NCBI GenBank assembly: GCA_902619045.1 | Contig: CACNCX010000003.1 | Coordinates: 1 to 45,022 of the forward strand | Reading direction: 5' to 3' | Length of the DNA stretch: 45,022 bases | Source of the DNA: an uncultured Alphaproteobacteria bacterium | GTDB taxonomy: Bacteria; Pseudomonadota; Alphaproteobacteria; HIMB59; GCA-002718135 | The notes under the pieces: model-generated | The model's database searches: none | Told to the model about the DNA's origin: nothing | The model's input: the letters and a program-made list of their open reading frames with translations, nothing else | Translations under genes and position numbers: made by a program | Shown here: piece after piece, positions 1 through 10,482 of the stretch | Position numbering within the stretch: the stretch's first letter is position 1 | Layout of the letters: the number at the start of each line of letters is the position of its first letter

Positions 1-671
1 ATTTCACTGATTTTATTAATTAAGTAAGCTAGATCTTTTGATTTTCCATCTGAACCCATACCATGATAGGCATTAACATTTTGACCTAGCAAAATTACTT
101 CTTTAATCCCATTGGATATATATTTTTTCGTTTCTTCTAGTATATCATCAACTGGTCTAGAAAATTCAGGTCCTCTTGTGTAGGGAACTACACAAAAAGA
201 ACAAAACTTATCACAACCTTCTTGAATTGATATAAATTCAGATGATAAATTAGAAGAATTGAAAATTAAGTTTTTAAATTTTTCATTTTGCAAAAACTCA
301 CTATTTTCTATTTCATCTACTTTATCAATCATATCAGGTAATTTGTGGTAAGATTGAGGTCCTACAACATAATCAACTGATGGAGATCTTTTTTTTATTT
401 CAAGACCTTCAGCTTGAGCTACACAACCGGCAACTACTAATTTCATATTTTGTTTTTTATCTTTAATTTTTTTTACTCTGCCAATATCAGAATAAACTTT
501 TTCAACTGCCTTTTCCCTAATATGACAAGTGTTCAAAACTGTTAAATCTGCTTTAGAAATATCTTTTGTTATTTTATATCCTTTATTCGAAAATAAATCT
601 TTAATACGGTTACTGTCATATACATTCATCTGACAGCCATATGATTTAATATATATGTATTTATCACTCAT
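1..671 (-). CDS. miaB: tRNA-2-methylthio-N6-dimethylallyladenosine synthase MiaB (5' part; runs off the window edge)
   Basis: Not in the ORF track. Manual translation from the ATG at 671 gives MSDKYIYIKSYGCQMNVYDS, then NTCHIREKA, VAGCVAQAEG and the radical-SAM motif QEGCDKFCSFCVVPYTRG. The start overlaps the rimI stop (ATGAGTGA). Confidence 0.95.
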   Translation of the reverse strand, partial: MSDKYIYIKSYGCQMNVYDSNRIKDLFSNKGYKITKDISKADLTVLNTCHIREKAVEKVYSDIGRVKKIKDKKQNMKLVVAGCVAQAEGLEIKKRSPSVDYVVGPQSYHKLPDMIDKVDEIENSEFLQNEKFKNLIFNSSNLSSEFISIQEGCDKFCSFCVVPYTRGPEFSRPVDDILEETKKYISNGIKEVILLGQNVNAYHGMGSDGKSKDLAYLINKISE

Positions 672-1143
672 GATTAATTTTTTTTATGAAGCATTTAGCA
701 TGAATATTTTTGTTATTATATCTATAATAGTTATGTCTAAAATTTAAAAAAACAAAGTTGTTTTTTTGATAAAAATTTATTGCTTCTACATTATCTTCAG
801 CAACTTCAATGAAAATCTTTGAAAAATTAACATTATTTGTTTCAATATAATTTAACAATTTAGTTGCAATTTTTTTTCTTCTTAGGTTCTTTGATACAAA
901 TAAAATATGCAGTTCCAAATCAAATGCACTATCGTTTTTAATAATATCACCAATTAACACCCCTACCAAGTTATCAGCCTCATAGTAACCAATGGAGTAA
1001 TTATTATTTTTACTAAATTGGTTTTCAATATTTTTTAAATTCCAGCCTATCTTTTTGAAATAATTAAATTCATTACTATTATCATCTATAAACTTAATCA
1101 TTGATGATAATTGTTCTTTTTTTATCAAGCTAATTCTATTCAA
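664..1143 (-). CDS. rimI: GNAT acetyltransferase, RimI-like
   Basis: Acetyl-CoA motif VSKNLRRKKIA, and EVAEDNVEAINFY...RHNYY. The tsaB-rimI-miaB order is typical of alphaproteobacteria. Confidence 0.75.
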   Translation of the reverse strand: MNRISLIKKEQLSSMIKFIDDNSNEFNYFKKIGWNLKNIENQFSKNNNYSIGYYEADNLVGVLIGDIIKNDSAFDLELHILFVSKNLRRKKIATKLLNYIETNNVNFSKIFIEVAEDNVEAINFYQKNNFVFLNFRHNYYRYNNKNIHAKCFIKKINHE

Positions 1144-1751
1144 TTTAGTAATTGATTATTGGATATATAAATTGGCTTAATAATAATATTTTTTTTAAAA
1201 GTTAAATTGTTATAATTATTGTAAAAATCCTCAAAAAAAGAAAACTTCATTTGTTCTATTTCATTATTTTCATTAATTTTACTATTATTAAAAAGAATTA
1301 AATCGATATGTTGCGGAATTGAATATTTATTATTTTCAATTTTATCGTACTTTATTTCGTTATCTTTAGTTTTATAACATAAAAATTTCTGCTTGTTAGA
1401 TGAGTTTACAAAAACTGCCAAATTTCTTCTAGAATATTTTATTGAATTAAATTTTAAGATATCCTCAATAGATAATGGGTAATAGGGAATGTCACGAGCA
1501 ATCATTAGACCAGACATAAATGCTGAACCAACTCTTAAACTTGTATAAGATCCAGGACCAATTGTCGTAGAAATTTTTGTAAGATTTTTTGTTAAATTTA
1601 ATCGTTTATCTATTTCTAAATAGGATTGTATTATATTATCACTTAACTTATCTGTTTCTGATTGAGTAATTTTCTGCTGTAATATTATTTTGTTGTCATC
1701 AAATACACAAAATTCTGGTATTGGTGATATAATATCTAAAAACAATAACAT
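1140..1751 (-). CDS. tsaB: tRNA threonylcarbamoyladenosine biosynthesis protein TsaB (divergent)
   Basis: GPGSYTSLRVG motif; lies upstream of rimI. Confidence 0.8.
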   Translation of the reverse strand: MLLFLDIISPIPEFCVFDDNKIILQQKITQSETDKLSDNIIQSYLEIDKRLNLTKNLTKISTTIGPGSYTSLRVGSAFMSGLMIARDIPYYPLSIEDILKFNSIKYSRRNLAVFVNSSNKQKFLCYKTKDNEIKYDKIENNKYSIPQHIDLILFNNSKINENNEIEQMKFSFFEDFYNNYNNLTFKKNIIIKPIYISNNQLLN

Positions 1752-2780
1752 ATGAAATTACATAACTACATTCTATTGCTATTTTTAAAAAGTATTTCTT
1801 TAACTTTTTTATTAGTAAGTGGAGCTTTTGCAAACGAAGTAAAAAACTCCGCAACTGTATTTATGTATCATAAATTTGGAGTTTCTAAATATCCCTCAAC
1901 AAGTGTAACTATTGATCAACTTAATAGTCATATTGAAGAATTAACAAAAGAAAAATATACGATTAAATCACTAGATTTTATTATTGATACGATTATTAAC
2001 GATGGTGATCTCCCAGCAAATACTATTGGTATAAGTGTAGATGATGCTGATAAATCTTTTTTAGAAGTTGGATGGCCTTTATTTAAAAAAAATAATATTC
2101 CTGTAACATTATTTGTAACAACGGGGACAATTTCAAATAATAAAAAATATATTAACTGGGATCAAATAAGAAAACTGAAAGAAGAAGGTGTAGTGATTGG
2201 TGCACACTCTCATACACATGCTCACATGCCAGATATAAGTATTGAAGAAGTAAGAGATGAAATAGAAACATCGAATAGAATCTTCTTAAAGGAGCTTGGG
2301 GAGATACCAACTTTATTTGCATTTCCTTATGGTGAGACAACAGATGAAATAATTGAATTAGTAAAAGAATTTAAATTTAAGGTTGCTTTTGGGCAGCATT
2401 CCGGAATAATTAATGAAACTTCTAACATGTATTATTTACCAAGATTTTCATTAAATGAAAGGTATGGTGAAATAGATAGAGTAAAATTTGCTGCTTCTTC
2501 TAAAGGATTAGGGGTTTATGACTTTATACCTCAAGATCCAACTATTAAACAAAACCCACCATTCATAGGTTTCTCACTTCTTGATGAAAAGAAAGCTCAA
2601 TCACTAGATTGTTTTATCTTTGATAGCAAAGGTCAGGTAGATAGAGAAATTTATAAATTTAACGAAAGAATTGAAATAAGACTTTCACGAGAATTGTCAC
2701 CTGGAAGATCTAGAATGAATTGTACTGTTAAAGATAGTGAAGGAAATTGGAGATGGTTTGGTCACCAATTTTATTTTTAA
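1752..2780 (+). CDS. Exported polysaccharide deacetylase (CE4/NodB domain)
   Basis: Signal-peptide-like N-terminus (..SGAFA|NE), MYHKF, SVDDA, HSHTH and FAFPYGE motifs. Confidence 0.85.
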   Translation: MKLHNYILLLFLKSISLTFLLVSGAFANEVKNSATVFMYHKFGVSKYPSTSVTIDQLNSHIEELTKEKYTIKSLDFIIDTIINDGDLPANTIGISVDDADKSFLEVGWPLFKKNNIPVTLFVTTGTISNNKKYINWDQIRKLKEEGVVIGAHSHTHAHMPDISIEEVRDEIETSNRIFLKELGEIPTLFAFPYGETTDEIIELVKEFKFKVAFGQHSGIINETSNMYYLPRFSLNERYGEIDRVKFAASSKGLGVYDFIPQDPTIKQNPPFIGFSLLDEKKAQSLDCFIFDSKGQVDREIYKFNERIEIRLSRELSPGRSRMNCTVKDSEGNWRWFGHQFYF

Positions 2781-3764
2781 TTAGTAAGAAATAGTTTTTT
2801 GATCAAAGATACCAAAGTTATTAGTTTTAATAACTTGTCTTATTGTATTAATATAATTTTCATCTTCTGCGTAAGTGCTTAATTTATTAACAAGTAAGTT
2901 AACATTGGAAAAATTATTTCGTTTTCTCATTATATTTCGGATATCACGAAAATCTTCATATGCGTAATGAGAGTTAATATTATTAAAATATGATTCTACA
3001 CTGTTGCTGTATGAACTGAATGCTTTAATTAAATGAGTATCACCATTTTCTCTTTCAAGTGGAATAACACCTTCCGCATCATCATATGTATATTCGCCAA
3101 AAAGTGCATTGTATTCTTTTGCAAATCTAGACTTACCCCATCCACTTTCTATTGCTGCTTGGGCTAATACTATTGAATTAGGTATTACATCGACGTTTGA
3201 AAGTATTTCGTCAACTAAATCTAATTTGTGCTTATTTTGATACTTAATATTGTACTTTTGAGCAATATCATTAAGTTTTCTTATTTCATTATTATTAAGA
3301 GTTCTAAAGGTTTCTAACTTACCTTTGAGCTCATTAACAAAACTTCTAATCATTAAAATATTTTGATTTTCATTAATAATTATTGGTAAAACAGTTTTTA
3401 CGAATTCTTTTTTATTTGAATCAAGGTAATCAAAGTCTTTATCAGATAATGTTAACTGCAAACTGGGATTGTTTTGCTCTTCAATCTTTGAAGTGATAAT
3501 AGGATTGATTGGCTTTATTCTTACTTTAACAATTAATTTTTCATTCACTATTTCTGCAATAGGAGGACCTTTAAGAGTAATTTCTTTTTCAGATAGTGTA
3601 ATTTCTTTTTGAGAATATAATTTGTTTATTTGATTTGCAGTTTGAATGTTATTCTTAGTATCGACTGCATTAATTTCTACATAACCAACAAAACCATTAC
3701 CTATAAAAATTAATCCAATAAGTAATAAGGGAAAGCAAAAAAAATTTAACAGTCTATCCATCAA
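2781..3764 (-). CDS. Bax-like glucosaminidase (GH73) domain protein with N-terminal membrane anchor
   Basis: LAQAAIESGWGKSRFA..NALFG, NINSHYAY and YAEDENY motifs. Confidence 0.8.
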   Translation of the reverse strand: MMDRLLNFFCFPLLLIGLIFIGNGFVGYVEINAVDTKNNIQTANQINKLYSQKEITLSEKEITLKGPPIAEIVNEKLIVKVRIKPINPIITSKIEEQNNPSLQLTLSDKDFDYLDSNKKEFVKTVLPIIINENQNILMIRSFVNELKGKLETFRTLNNNEIRKLNDIAQKYNIKYQNKHKLDLVDEILSNVDVIPNSIVLAQAAIESGWGKSRFAKEYNALFGEYTYDDAEGVIPLERENGDTHLIKAFSSYSNSVESYFNNINSHYAYEDFRDIRNIMRKRNNFSNVNLLVNKLSTYAEDENYINTIRQVIKTNNFGIFDQKTISY

Positions 3765-4317
3765 TAGGCCTTACTTCTTGGACTTCTGGAACATAGTGCT
3801 TTAACATATTTTCAATACCCATTTTTAAAGTAGCAGTTGAACTTGGACATCCGGAACATGCGCCTTGCATGTGGAGATATACGACACCATCCTTAAAACT
3901 ATCGTAAATAATATCACCACCATCCATTGCAACTGCAGGTCTTACTCGTGTATCCAATAATTCTTTAATTTGTTTTACAATATCGGTATCGTTTTCATCA
4001 ATCTCTAATGATTTATCCTCACCTTTTTTACTAATATTAATTGTTGCATCTCCAGAATTATAATGATCCATTATTGAGCCTAAGATCAATGGTTTCATAA
4101 CTTGCCAATCTAAAGATTGATTTTTAGTAATAGTAATAAAATCACTTCCAAAAAAAACTCCTTCAACTCCCTCGACTTCAAATAGGCGTTTTGCAAATGG
4201 TGAGTCAGCTGCTTCACCTATATTTTGAAAAAAAGCCGTTCCATCATCCATTACAACCTTTCCAGGTAGAAACTTTAATGTTTGTGGATTGGGTGTTTGT
4301 TCAGTTTGTATAAACAT
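3754..4317 (-). CDS. NifU/NfuA-family Fe-S cluster scaffold/carrier
   Basis: MFIQTEQTPNPQTLKF N-terminal domain and GACSGCPSS (CxxC). Start moved from 4323 to the family-typical MFIQ ATG at 4317. Confidence 0.9.
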   Translation of the reverse strand: MFIQTEQTPNPQTLKFLPGKVVMDDGTAFFQNIGEAADSPFAKRLFEVEGVEGVFFGSDFITITKNQSLDWQVMKPLILGSIMDHYNSGDATINISKKGEDKSLEIDENDTDIVKQIKELLDTRVRPAVAMDGGDIIYDSFKDGVVYLHMQGACSGCPSSTATLKMGIENMLKHYVPEVQEVRPIDG

Positions 4318-4390
4318 ATGCACTATATATAGTTATTAATATGTCTTTAGTATGAATATTCTAAAAAAAAATTTAAAATTTGGGGAATTA

Positions 4391-5398
4391 TTAGGATAAA
4401 AAACCAATAATTTCTTTAGTTTTTTGCAAAACAGGTTCTGCTACTGATATAGCGTTCTCTTTTCCCTGATTTAAAATAGAATCGATATAAGAAACATCAC
4501 TCATAAGTTTATTCATCTCACTCGTAATTGGCTCTAATTTAGATACGGATAAATCCGCAAGATCTTTTTTAAAGGAGGAAAATTCCTTACCAGCATAATC
4601 TTTAATAACACTCTCAATAGATGTGTCTTGCAAAGAAGCAAATATCGAAATTAGGTTTTCAGCTTCTGGTCTCTTTTCTAAACCAGTTTTATCTTGTGGT
4701 AATGGTTCAGGATCTGTTTTGGCCTTTTTAATCTTTTGCGTAATATTTTCTGCTGTATCAGTTAACATGATTCTTGAATAATCAGATGGATCTGATTTAC
4801 TCATTTTTTTTGACCCATCACGAAGACTCATAACTCTTGTAGCCTCTCCTAAAATTAATGGTTCAGGAATAGGAAAAAAATCTGTCTTAAAATCATTATT
4901 AAATTTTTGTGCGATATCTCTAGTGAGCTCCAAATGTTGTTTTTGATCATCGCCTACAGGAACGTGCGTTGCTAAATAAATTAATATATCTGCTGCCATT
5001 AGTGTTGGATAAGAAAATAAACCAACAGAAACGTTCTCACTATTCTTTCCAGCTTTATCTTTAAATTGCGTCATACGATTTAACCACCCCATCCTCGCAA
5101 CACAATTGAATAACCATCCAAGCTGTGCATGTTGAGGAACTTGTGATTGAACAAAAATATTATTTTGATTAGGATCAATACCAGAAGCAATAAAGGCAGC
5201 TGTTACTTCTCGTGTTTTATTTGCTAAAACTTTAGGATCTTGCCAAACGGTAATAGCATGTAAATCGACAACACAAAAAAAACATTCGTATTCTTTTTGA
5301 AGACTAACAAAATTTTTTATAGCACCAAGATAATTTCCTAAATGAAGATCACCAGATGGTTGGACACCGGAAAGTATTCTTTTTGTTGGTTTTTCCAT
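4391..5398 (-). CDS. trpS: Tryptophan--tRNA ligase
   Basis: [16 protein letters not shown] (HIGH-type), KMSKS and [12 protein letters not shown]. Confidence 0.97.
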   Translation of the reverse strand: MEKPTKRILSGVQPSGDLHLGNYLGAIKNFVSLQKEYECFFCVVDLHAITVWQDPKVLANKTREVTAAFIASGIDPNQNNIFVQSQVPQHAQLGWLFNCVARMGWLNRMTQFKDKAGKNSENVSVGLFSYPTLMAADILIYLATHVPVGDDQKQHLELTRDIAQKFNNDFKTDFFPIPEPLILGEATRVMSLRDGSKKMSKSDPSDYSRIMLTDTAENITQKIKKAKTDPEPLPQDKTGLEKRPEAENLISIFASLQDTSIESVIKDYAGKEFSSFKKDLADLSVSKLEPITSEMNKLMSDVSYIDSILNQGKENAISVAEPVLQKTKEIIGFLS

Positions 5399-5399
5399 A

Positions 5400-6947
5400 T
5401 TATTTTTTTAAATATTCTCTTAACTGATTTACCGATAGGACTTTTAACACAATTACTAATCCAAAATAAATAATTATAGATAAAAAGATCATCAGAAATA
5501 AAAGTGTTGAATTTAATAACACTGAATTACCACTTATATTTGCAAAGAATAGTCCATTTAATAGGTAGATTCCTGCAAATAATAGAAATGAACTTAGTAA
5601 AATTTTAATAGAATTCTTTACTAAAAGATCGTCAAATTTCATATGATTCCTAATAGCTAAAAAGAGGTACAGTAATAATGCATTTATCCATGCACTAATT
5701 GCTGTTGCAACAGCAATTCCCATTTCTCTCATTGATCCAATTAAAAGTAGCGATAACACAACATTACTAATCACACTGACAATAGATATATAGAGTGGTG
5801 TTTTAGTATCTTCTCTTGCAAAGTAACAGGAAACTAAAACTTTAATTATAATGTAAGCAGGTAGACCTATAGCAAAGTAACTTAATACTTTAGCAGTATA
5901 AAAAGTATCTTCTTTTACAAATGCACCTCGTTCAAATAAAATATGAATAATGGGTTCAGCTAAAATAAATAGTCCTAGGGCTGATGGTAAAGAAATTAAT
6001 AATGAAAATTCAATAGATCTATTTTGAATATTATTTGTTGTTTCTTGATCTGATTGTTTAATAGCCTTTGATAAACTTGGTAAAAGAACTATGCCAAGTG
6101 CTATTCCAAAGATGGCAAGTGGTAATTGGTTAAGACGATCCGCATAATAAATATGACTGATAGCACCCACTGGTAAAAAGGAGGCGATAATAGTGCCAAT
6201 AACAATGTTTAACTGAATAACACCTGAACCAACAACACCTGGTAAAAATAATTTGAAAAACTTTTTTAATTTTTCATTTAAAACTGGAAGGATAATACGT
6301 GGTCGATAAAAGTTTAAAACCGACCTGTATAAATATAGAAATTGTAACACTCCTCCTATTAATACACCATACGATAATGCGTGACCTGCAGTAGTTACAA
6401 ATGGTGTTAAAAAGAATAATGACAGAATAAAACTTATATTCAAAATGGCAGGAGCAAATGCACCAGCAGCGAAACGTTCATGAACATTATTAATTGAAGC
6501 AAAGTGAGCAGCTAAGGAAATAAAAATAATATAAGGGAAAATTATTTTTCCAAAATGCACAGCAAGTTCATAGGCTTCTTTATTATCGGTAAAACCTGGT
6601 GCTAAAACTTGAATGATATTATGCATTCCAAAGAAAAAAAGGATCGTTAAAACGACCGTAGCAAATAGTAACATGGAGGTTGTGTTTTCAACAAAATCAG
6701 AAGCTTCACGTTCATCTTTTGGATTGAGAACAACACCAGAGAAAACCGGGATTAATGCAGCACTGTATGCTCCTTCTGCTAGGACACGACGAAAGAAATT
6801 AGGAATACGAAATGCTACGAAGAATGCGTCAGCAATTACTGTCGATCCAAGATATCTTGCTATTAATATGTCACGAATAAAACCTAATACTCGACTTAAA
6901 AATGTATAGAAGCTGACAGTAAAGAATGATCTAAAAAGACTCTTCAT
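5400..6947 (-). CDS. murJ: Lipid II flippase MurJ (MviN)
   Basis: [34 protein letters not shown]; many TM segments. Confidence 0.96.
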   Translation of the reverse strand: MKSLFRSFFTVSFYTFLSRVLGFIRDILIARYLGSTVIADAFFVAFRIPNFFRRVLAEGAYSAALIPVFSGVVLNPKDEREASDFVENTTSMLLFATVVLTILFFFGMHNIIQVLAPGFTDNKEAYELAVHFGKIIFPYIIFISLAAHFASINNVHERFAAGAFAPAILNISFILSLFFLTPFVTTAGHALSYGVLIGGVLQFLYLYRSVLNFYRPRIILPVLNEKLKKFFKLFLPGVVGSGVIQLNIVIGTIIASFLPVGAISHIYYADRLNQLPLAIFGIALGIVLLPSLSKAIKQSDQETTNNIQNRSIEFSLLISLPSALGLFILAEPIIHILFERGAFVKEDTFYTAKVLSYFAIGLPAYIIIKVLVSCYFAREDTKTPLYISIVSVISNVVLSLLLIGSMREMGIAVATAISAWINALLLYLFLAIRNHMKFDDLLVKNSIKILLSSFLLFAGIYLLNGLFFANISGNSVLLNSTLLFLMIFLSIIIYFGLVIVLKVLSVNQLREYLKK

Positions 6948-7001
6948 ATGGTGGTTTTATAGTTTGGTAAGTGATTTGTATAAGTGAAATTTATGGCTTA
7001 A

Positions 7002-7685
7002 TTACGAGCCAAAACAATATCCTGCTGATCTCACGGTTCTTATAAAATCTTCTTTTACGTCATTATTTATGGCCTTTCGTAGTCTTCTTATATGAACATC
7101 AACTGTTCGAGGTTCTACATGGGCCTCATTTTTCCAAACATGATTAAGTAATTGTTCACGGCTAAAGACACGACCAATATTTTCCATAAAGAAAGCTAAT
7201 AAATTAAATTCTGTTGGACCAAGATGAAGAGTTTCTCCATCTCGTGATGCCGAGTGAGATACAAGATCAATTACTATTCCTTTATAAGTTAAAACTTCAT
7301 CTACAAACATTGGTCTAATTCGTCGAAGAACAGCTTTTACTCTTGCCACTAATTCGTTAACCGAAAAAGGTTTTGTTATGTAATCATCTGCTCCAGTTTC
7401 TAAGCCGCGAAGTTTATCTTCTTCTTCACCTTTTGCTGTTAACATTATGATAGGAATATTCTTATGTTCCTTATTTTTTCTAATTCTTCTACAAAGTTCA
7501 ATTCCTGATAGTTTAGGTAACATCCAATCAAGAATAATTATGTCAGGTGGTTTATATAATATTTTTTCTAAAGCAGTTTCACCGTCCGTTGCAGTATCTA
7601 TTTTATATCCTTCTTTGTTAAAATTAAATTTAAGAAGATCAAGTAATGCTTCTTCATCTTCGACGATAAGCATTTTTAGTTTCAT
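7002..7685 (-). CDS. phoB: Phosphate regulon response regulator PhoB
   Basis: Receiver (LDWMLP) plus winged helix (HLGPTEF, RTVDVHIRRLRK); directly after phoU. Confidence 0.95.
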   Translation of the reverse strand: MKLKMLIVEDEEALLDLLKFNFNKEGYKIDTATDGETALEKILYKPPDIIILDWMLPKLSGIELCRRIRKNKEHKNIPIIMLTAKGEEEDKLRGLETGADDYITKPFSVNELVARVKAVLRRIRPMFVDEVLTYKGIVIDLVSHSASRDGETLHLGPTEFNLLAFFMENIGRVFSREQLLNHVWKNEAHVEPRTVDVHIRRLRKAINNDVKEDFIRTVRSAGYCFGS

Positions 7686-7691
7686 GAATCT

Positions 7692-7725
7692 TTACTATTA
7701 AATTTTTGTTACAATTCTATTACAA
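7692..7725 (-). promoter_or_regulatory. Pho-box-type promoter of phoB (probably leaderless)
   Basis: Minus strand reads TTGTAAT-AGAA-TTGTAAC-N10-TAGTAA-N6-ATG. The 11-bp periodic heptamers resemble the PhoB half-site CTGTCAT. Confidence 0.7.
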
Positions 7726-7726
7726 T

Positions 7727-8437
7727 TTATTTTTTCTTTGGAAGAATTGCTTCCCAGGTTGGGTCTGGATTACCATCAAATAGGGGCTCACCAGAAACTG
7801 CATAATAAATATCTTCAGCTATATTTTGTACATAATCACCAATTCGCTCTAGGTCTTTAACCATATATAAAAGACTTGTACATGCTGTGATTCTTTTTGG
7901 TTCTTCCATCATGTAGGTTAATAGTTGTCTTAATATTCCAAGATATTCTTCATCAATTTGTCTATCCATTAACCAAACTTTTTTTGCGGCTTGATCTGAA
8001 AATTCTAAAAAAGCTTTTATTACTTCACTAATCATTATATTTACTTGTGCACCCATATTAATAATATCTCTCGAAGGTTTTTCTGGCAAAACTATTTCTG
8101 CTACTGCTACTCTTTTGGCAATATTTGTTGCATGATCTCCTATTCTTTCTAGATCTTTATTGATTTTAATTGCTGAAAAAATTGTTCGTAAGTCTGCAGC
8201 CATCGGTTGTCTTTTGCCAAGTATTTCAACTAAGCTTTGATCAAGAGTATTATATGCTTTATCAATTACATCATCGTTTTCTATAATTTTTTCTGCAAAT
8301 TCTGTATCTTTATCCTTTAAACATTGAAGTGAGTCTTTTAGTTGATTTTCAACTAAACTGCCCATATCAACAATATTATTTTTAATGTCTCTAATTTCTT
8401 CATCATATGATTTTACAATATGTCCTTCTTGTTTCAT
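7727..8437 (-). CDS. phoU: Phosphate signalling protein PhoU
   Basis: QPMAADLR, DLERIGDHATNIA and repeated DLERIGD. Confidence 0.95.
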   Translation of the reverse strand: MKQEGHIVKSYDEEIRDIKNNIVDMGSLVENQLKDSLQCLKDKDTEFAEKIIENDDVIDKAYNTLDQSLVEILGKRQPMAADLRTIFSAIKINKDLERIGDHATNIAKRVAVAEIVLPEKPSRDIINMGAQVNIMISEVIKAFLEFSDQAAKKVWLMDRQIDEEYLGILRQLLTYMMEEPKRITACTSLLYMVKDLERIGDYVQNIAEDIYYAVSGEPLFDGNPDPTWEAILPKKK

Positions 8438-9198
8438 TAACCAAATCTCCCTGTAATGTAATCCTGTGTTTTTGTATTATCAGGATTTGTAAAAATTTTG
8501 TTTGTCTCACCCGTTTCTATTAATTCTCCTAAATGGAAGAAACATGTTTTCTGCGAAACCCTGGCTGCCTGTTGCATAGAATGAGTTACTATAATAATTG
8601 TATAGTTTAATCTTAACTCATCAATTAATTCTTCTATAATAGCAGTTGCTATTGGATCTAAAGCAGAGCAAGGTTCATCCATTAGGATTATTTCAGGATT
8701 AACAGCAATTGCTCTTGCAATACATAATCGTTGTTGTTGACCGCCTGATAAACTTGTTCCAGGTTCATTTAATCGATCTTTTACTTCATCAAATAGACCT
8801 GCCTTTTTTAATGATGAATGTACAATTTCTTCTAATTCATTTTTTGAGTCAACTAAACCATGTATAGTTGGGCCATAAGCAACATTATCAAAAATAGATT
8901 TAGGAAAAGGATTTGGTTTTTGAAATACCATTCCAATTTTAGATCTTAGACTTACAACATCGGTTTTTTCACTAATAATTTCTTCGTTATCTACTTTTAT
9001 TGATCCCGATACTTTACATATTTCAATTAAATCATTCATTCTGTTTATACATCTTAAGAAAGTTGATTTACCACATCCTGAAGGACCGATTAATGCCGTA
9101 ACTTCTTTCTCCTTGATATCCATTGAGATTCCAAAAAGAGCTTGTTTGGATCCATAATATACATCTACACCATTTGCCAATATTTTAGAGTTACTCAT
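8437..9198 (-). CDS. pstB: Phosphate ABC transporter ATPase PstB
   Basis: [43 protein letters not shown]. Confidence 0.97.
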   Translation of the reverse strand: MSNSKILANGVDVYYGSKQALFGISMDIKEKEVTALIGPSGCGKSTFLRCINRMNDLIEICKVSGSIKVDNEEIISEKTDVVSLRSKIGMVFQKPNPFPKSIFDNVAYGPTIHGLVDSKNELEEIVHSSLKKAGLFDEVKDRLNEPGTSLSGGQQQRLCIARAIAVNPEIILMDEPCSALDPIATAIIEELIDELRLNYTIIIVTHSMQQAARVSQKTCFFHLGELIETGETNKIFTNPDNTKTQDYITGRFG

Positions 9199-9201
9199 GT
9201 T

Positions 9202-10482
9202 TTACCACTTCCTTTCAAATCTATTTCTTAAGAACACTGCAATGGCATTCATCATAAACAAAAATATTAAAATTACCATTATTGCTGCGGCTGATTTTTC
9301 TTGAAAACCTCTTTCTGCACTTTCCACCCAAAGATATATTTGAACAGGTAGTGCTGCTGAAGGTTCTGTTAAACCAGTTGGAATATTAGGAATAAATGCA
9401 ATCATGCCAATCATTATTAGTGGTGCTGTTTCTCCTAATGCTTGTGCTAATCCAATAATAGTCCCTGTTAAAGTCCCTGGTAGTGCAAGGGGTACGACAT
9501 GATGAAATACCGCTTGTGTTTTTGTTGCTCCAACTGCAAGTGCTCCTTCTTTAATTGAAGGAGGAACAGCTTTCAATGAAGCTCGACAGGCAATGATAAT
9601 GGTTGGTAACGTCATTAAGGCTAATACGGACCCTCCAACTAACGGTGTACTCCTTGGAAGACCAAAAACATTAAGCAATACCCCCAACCCAAGTAGTCCA
9701 AAAACTATTGATGGGACTGCTGCTAGATTTGAAATATTTACTTCTATTAATTCAGTTATTCTATTTTTTGGAGCAAATTCCTCAAGATAAACAGACGCTC
9801 CTATAGCAATTGGAAAAGATAAAATAAAAACAGTAAAAAGAGTAAATAATGATCCCATAAATGAACCAGCTACACCAGCAATTTCAGGATGCCTTGAATC
9901 TGCTTTAGTAAAAAAGAAATTATTAAAAACTTGTTTAACTCTATTTTCTTCAACTAATTGATCAACATAACTTAATTGAATATCATTTAATTTTCTTCTA
10001 TCTTCTGGCACATCCCTTCTTGAATTACCTTTTAATAGTTGATCCACATCACTATGGGCGGTTACCCAAATTTGTTGCTTAGTATTAATAACTTCAGGAT
10101 TATCTAAGAAGTAGTCTTTAATTTCCTTATCTACATTTATAGAAAATAATTTTTTTACTAATTTAATATCTGATTTTGAGAGATCAGGGAAAAAATTTTC
10201 AATAGCCTGTTTTTTAACTCTAAAAAATTTTCCTTTTTCCATATCTTCATCTGAAGAGTCAGGTGTTAGTTTTAAAACCTCTTGATTATAATCAACTTCT
10301 AGGAGAACAATTGTTTTTTGAAAAGCAGTGTATCCTTTAGAAAATATTGTATACAAAAGAAAAACTAAAACTGCTAAAGATAAACACATAGCTGTAAAGC
10401 CGTAATACTTAAATCGCATATCTTCTAAGCTTCTCTTTTTTCTCAAAGAAACAATTTTTTCTTTAGCAATAGAATTATTCAT
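9202..10482 (-). CDS. pstA: Phosphate ABC transporter permease PstA (long alphaproteobacterial form)
   Basis: NLAAVPSIVFGLLG, QALGETAPL, C-terminal LRNRFERKW. Confidence 0.95.
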   Translation of the reverse strand: MNNSIAKEKIVSLRKKRSLEDMRFKYYGFTAMCLSLAVLVFLLYTIFSKGYTAFQKTIVLLEVDYNQEVLKLTPDSSDEDMEKGKFFRVKKQAIENFFPDLSKSDIKLVKKLFSINVDKEIKDYFLDNPEVINTKQQIWVTAHSDVDQLLKGNSRRDVPEDRRKLNDIQLSYVDQLVEENRVKQVFNNFFFTKADSRHPEIAGVAGSFMGSLFTLFTVFILSFPIAIGASVYLEEFAPKNRITELIEVNISNLAAVPSIVFGLLGLGVLLNVFGLPRSTPLVGGSVLALMTLPTIIIACRASLKAVPPSIKEGALAVGATKTQAVFHHVVPLALPGTLTGTIIGLAQALGETAPLIMIGMIAFIPNIPTGLTEPSAALPVQIYLWVESAERGFQEKSAAAIMVILIFLFMMNAIAVFLRNRFERKW

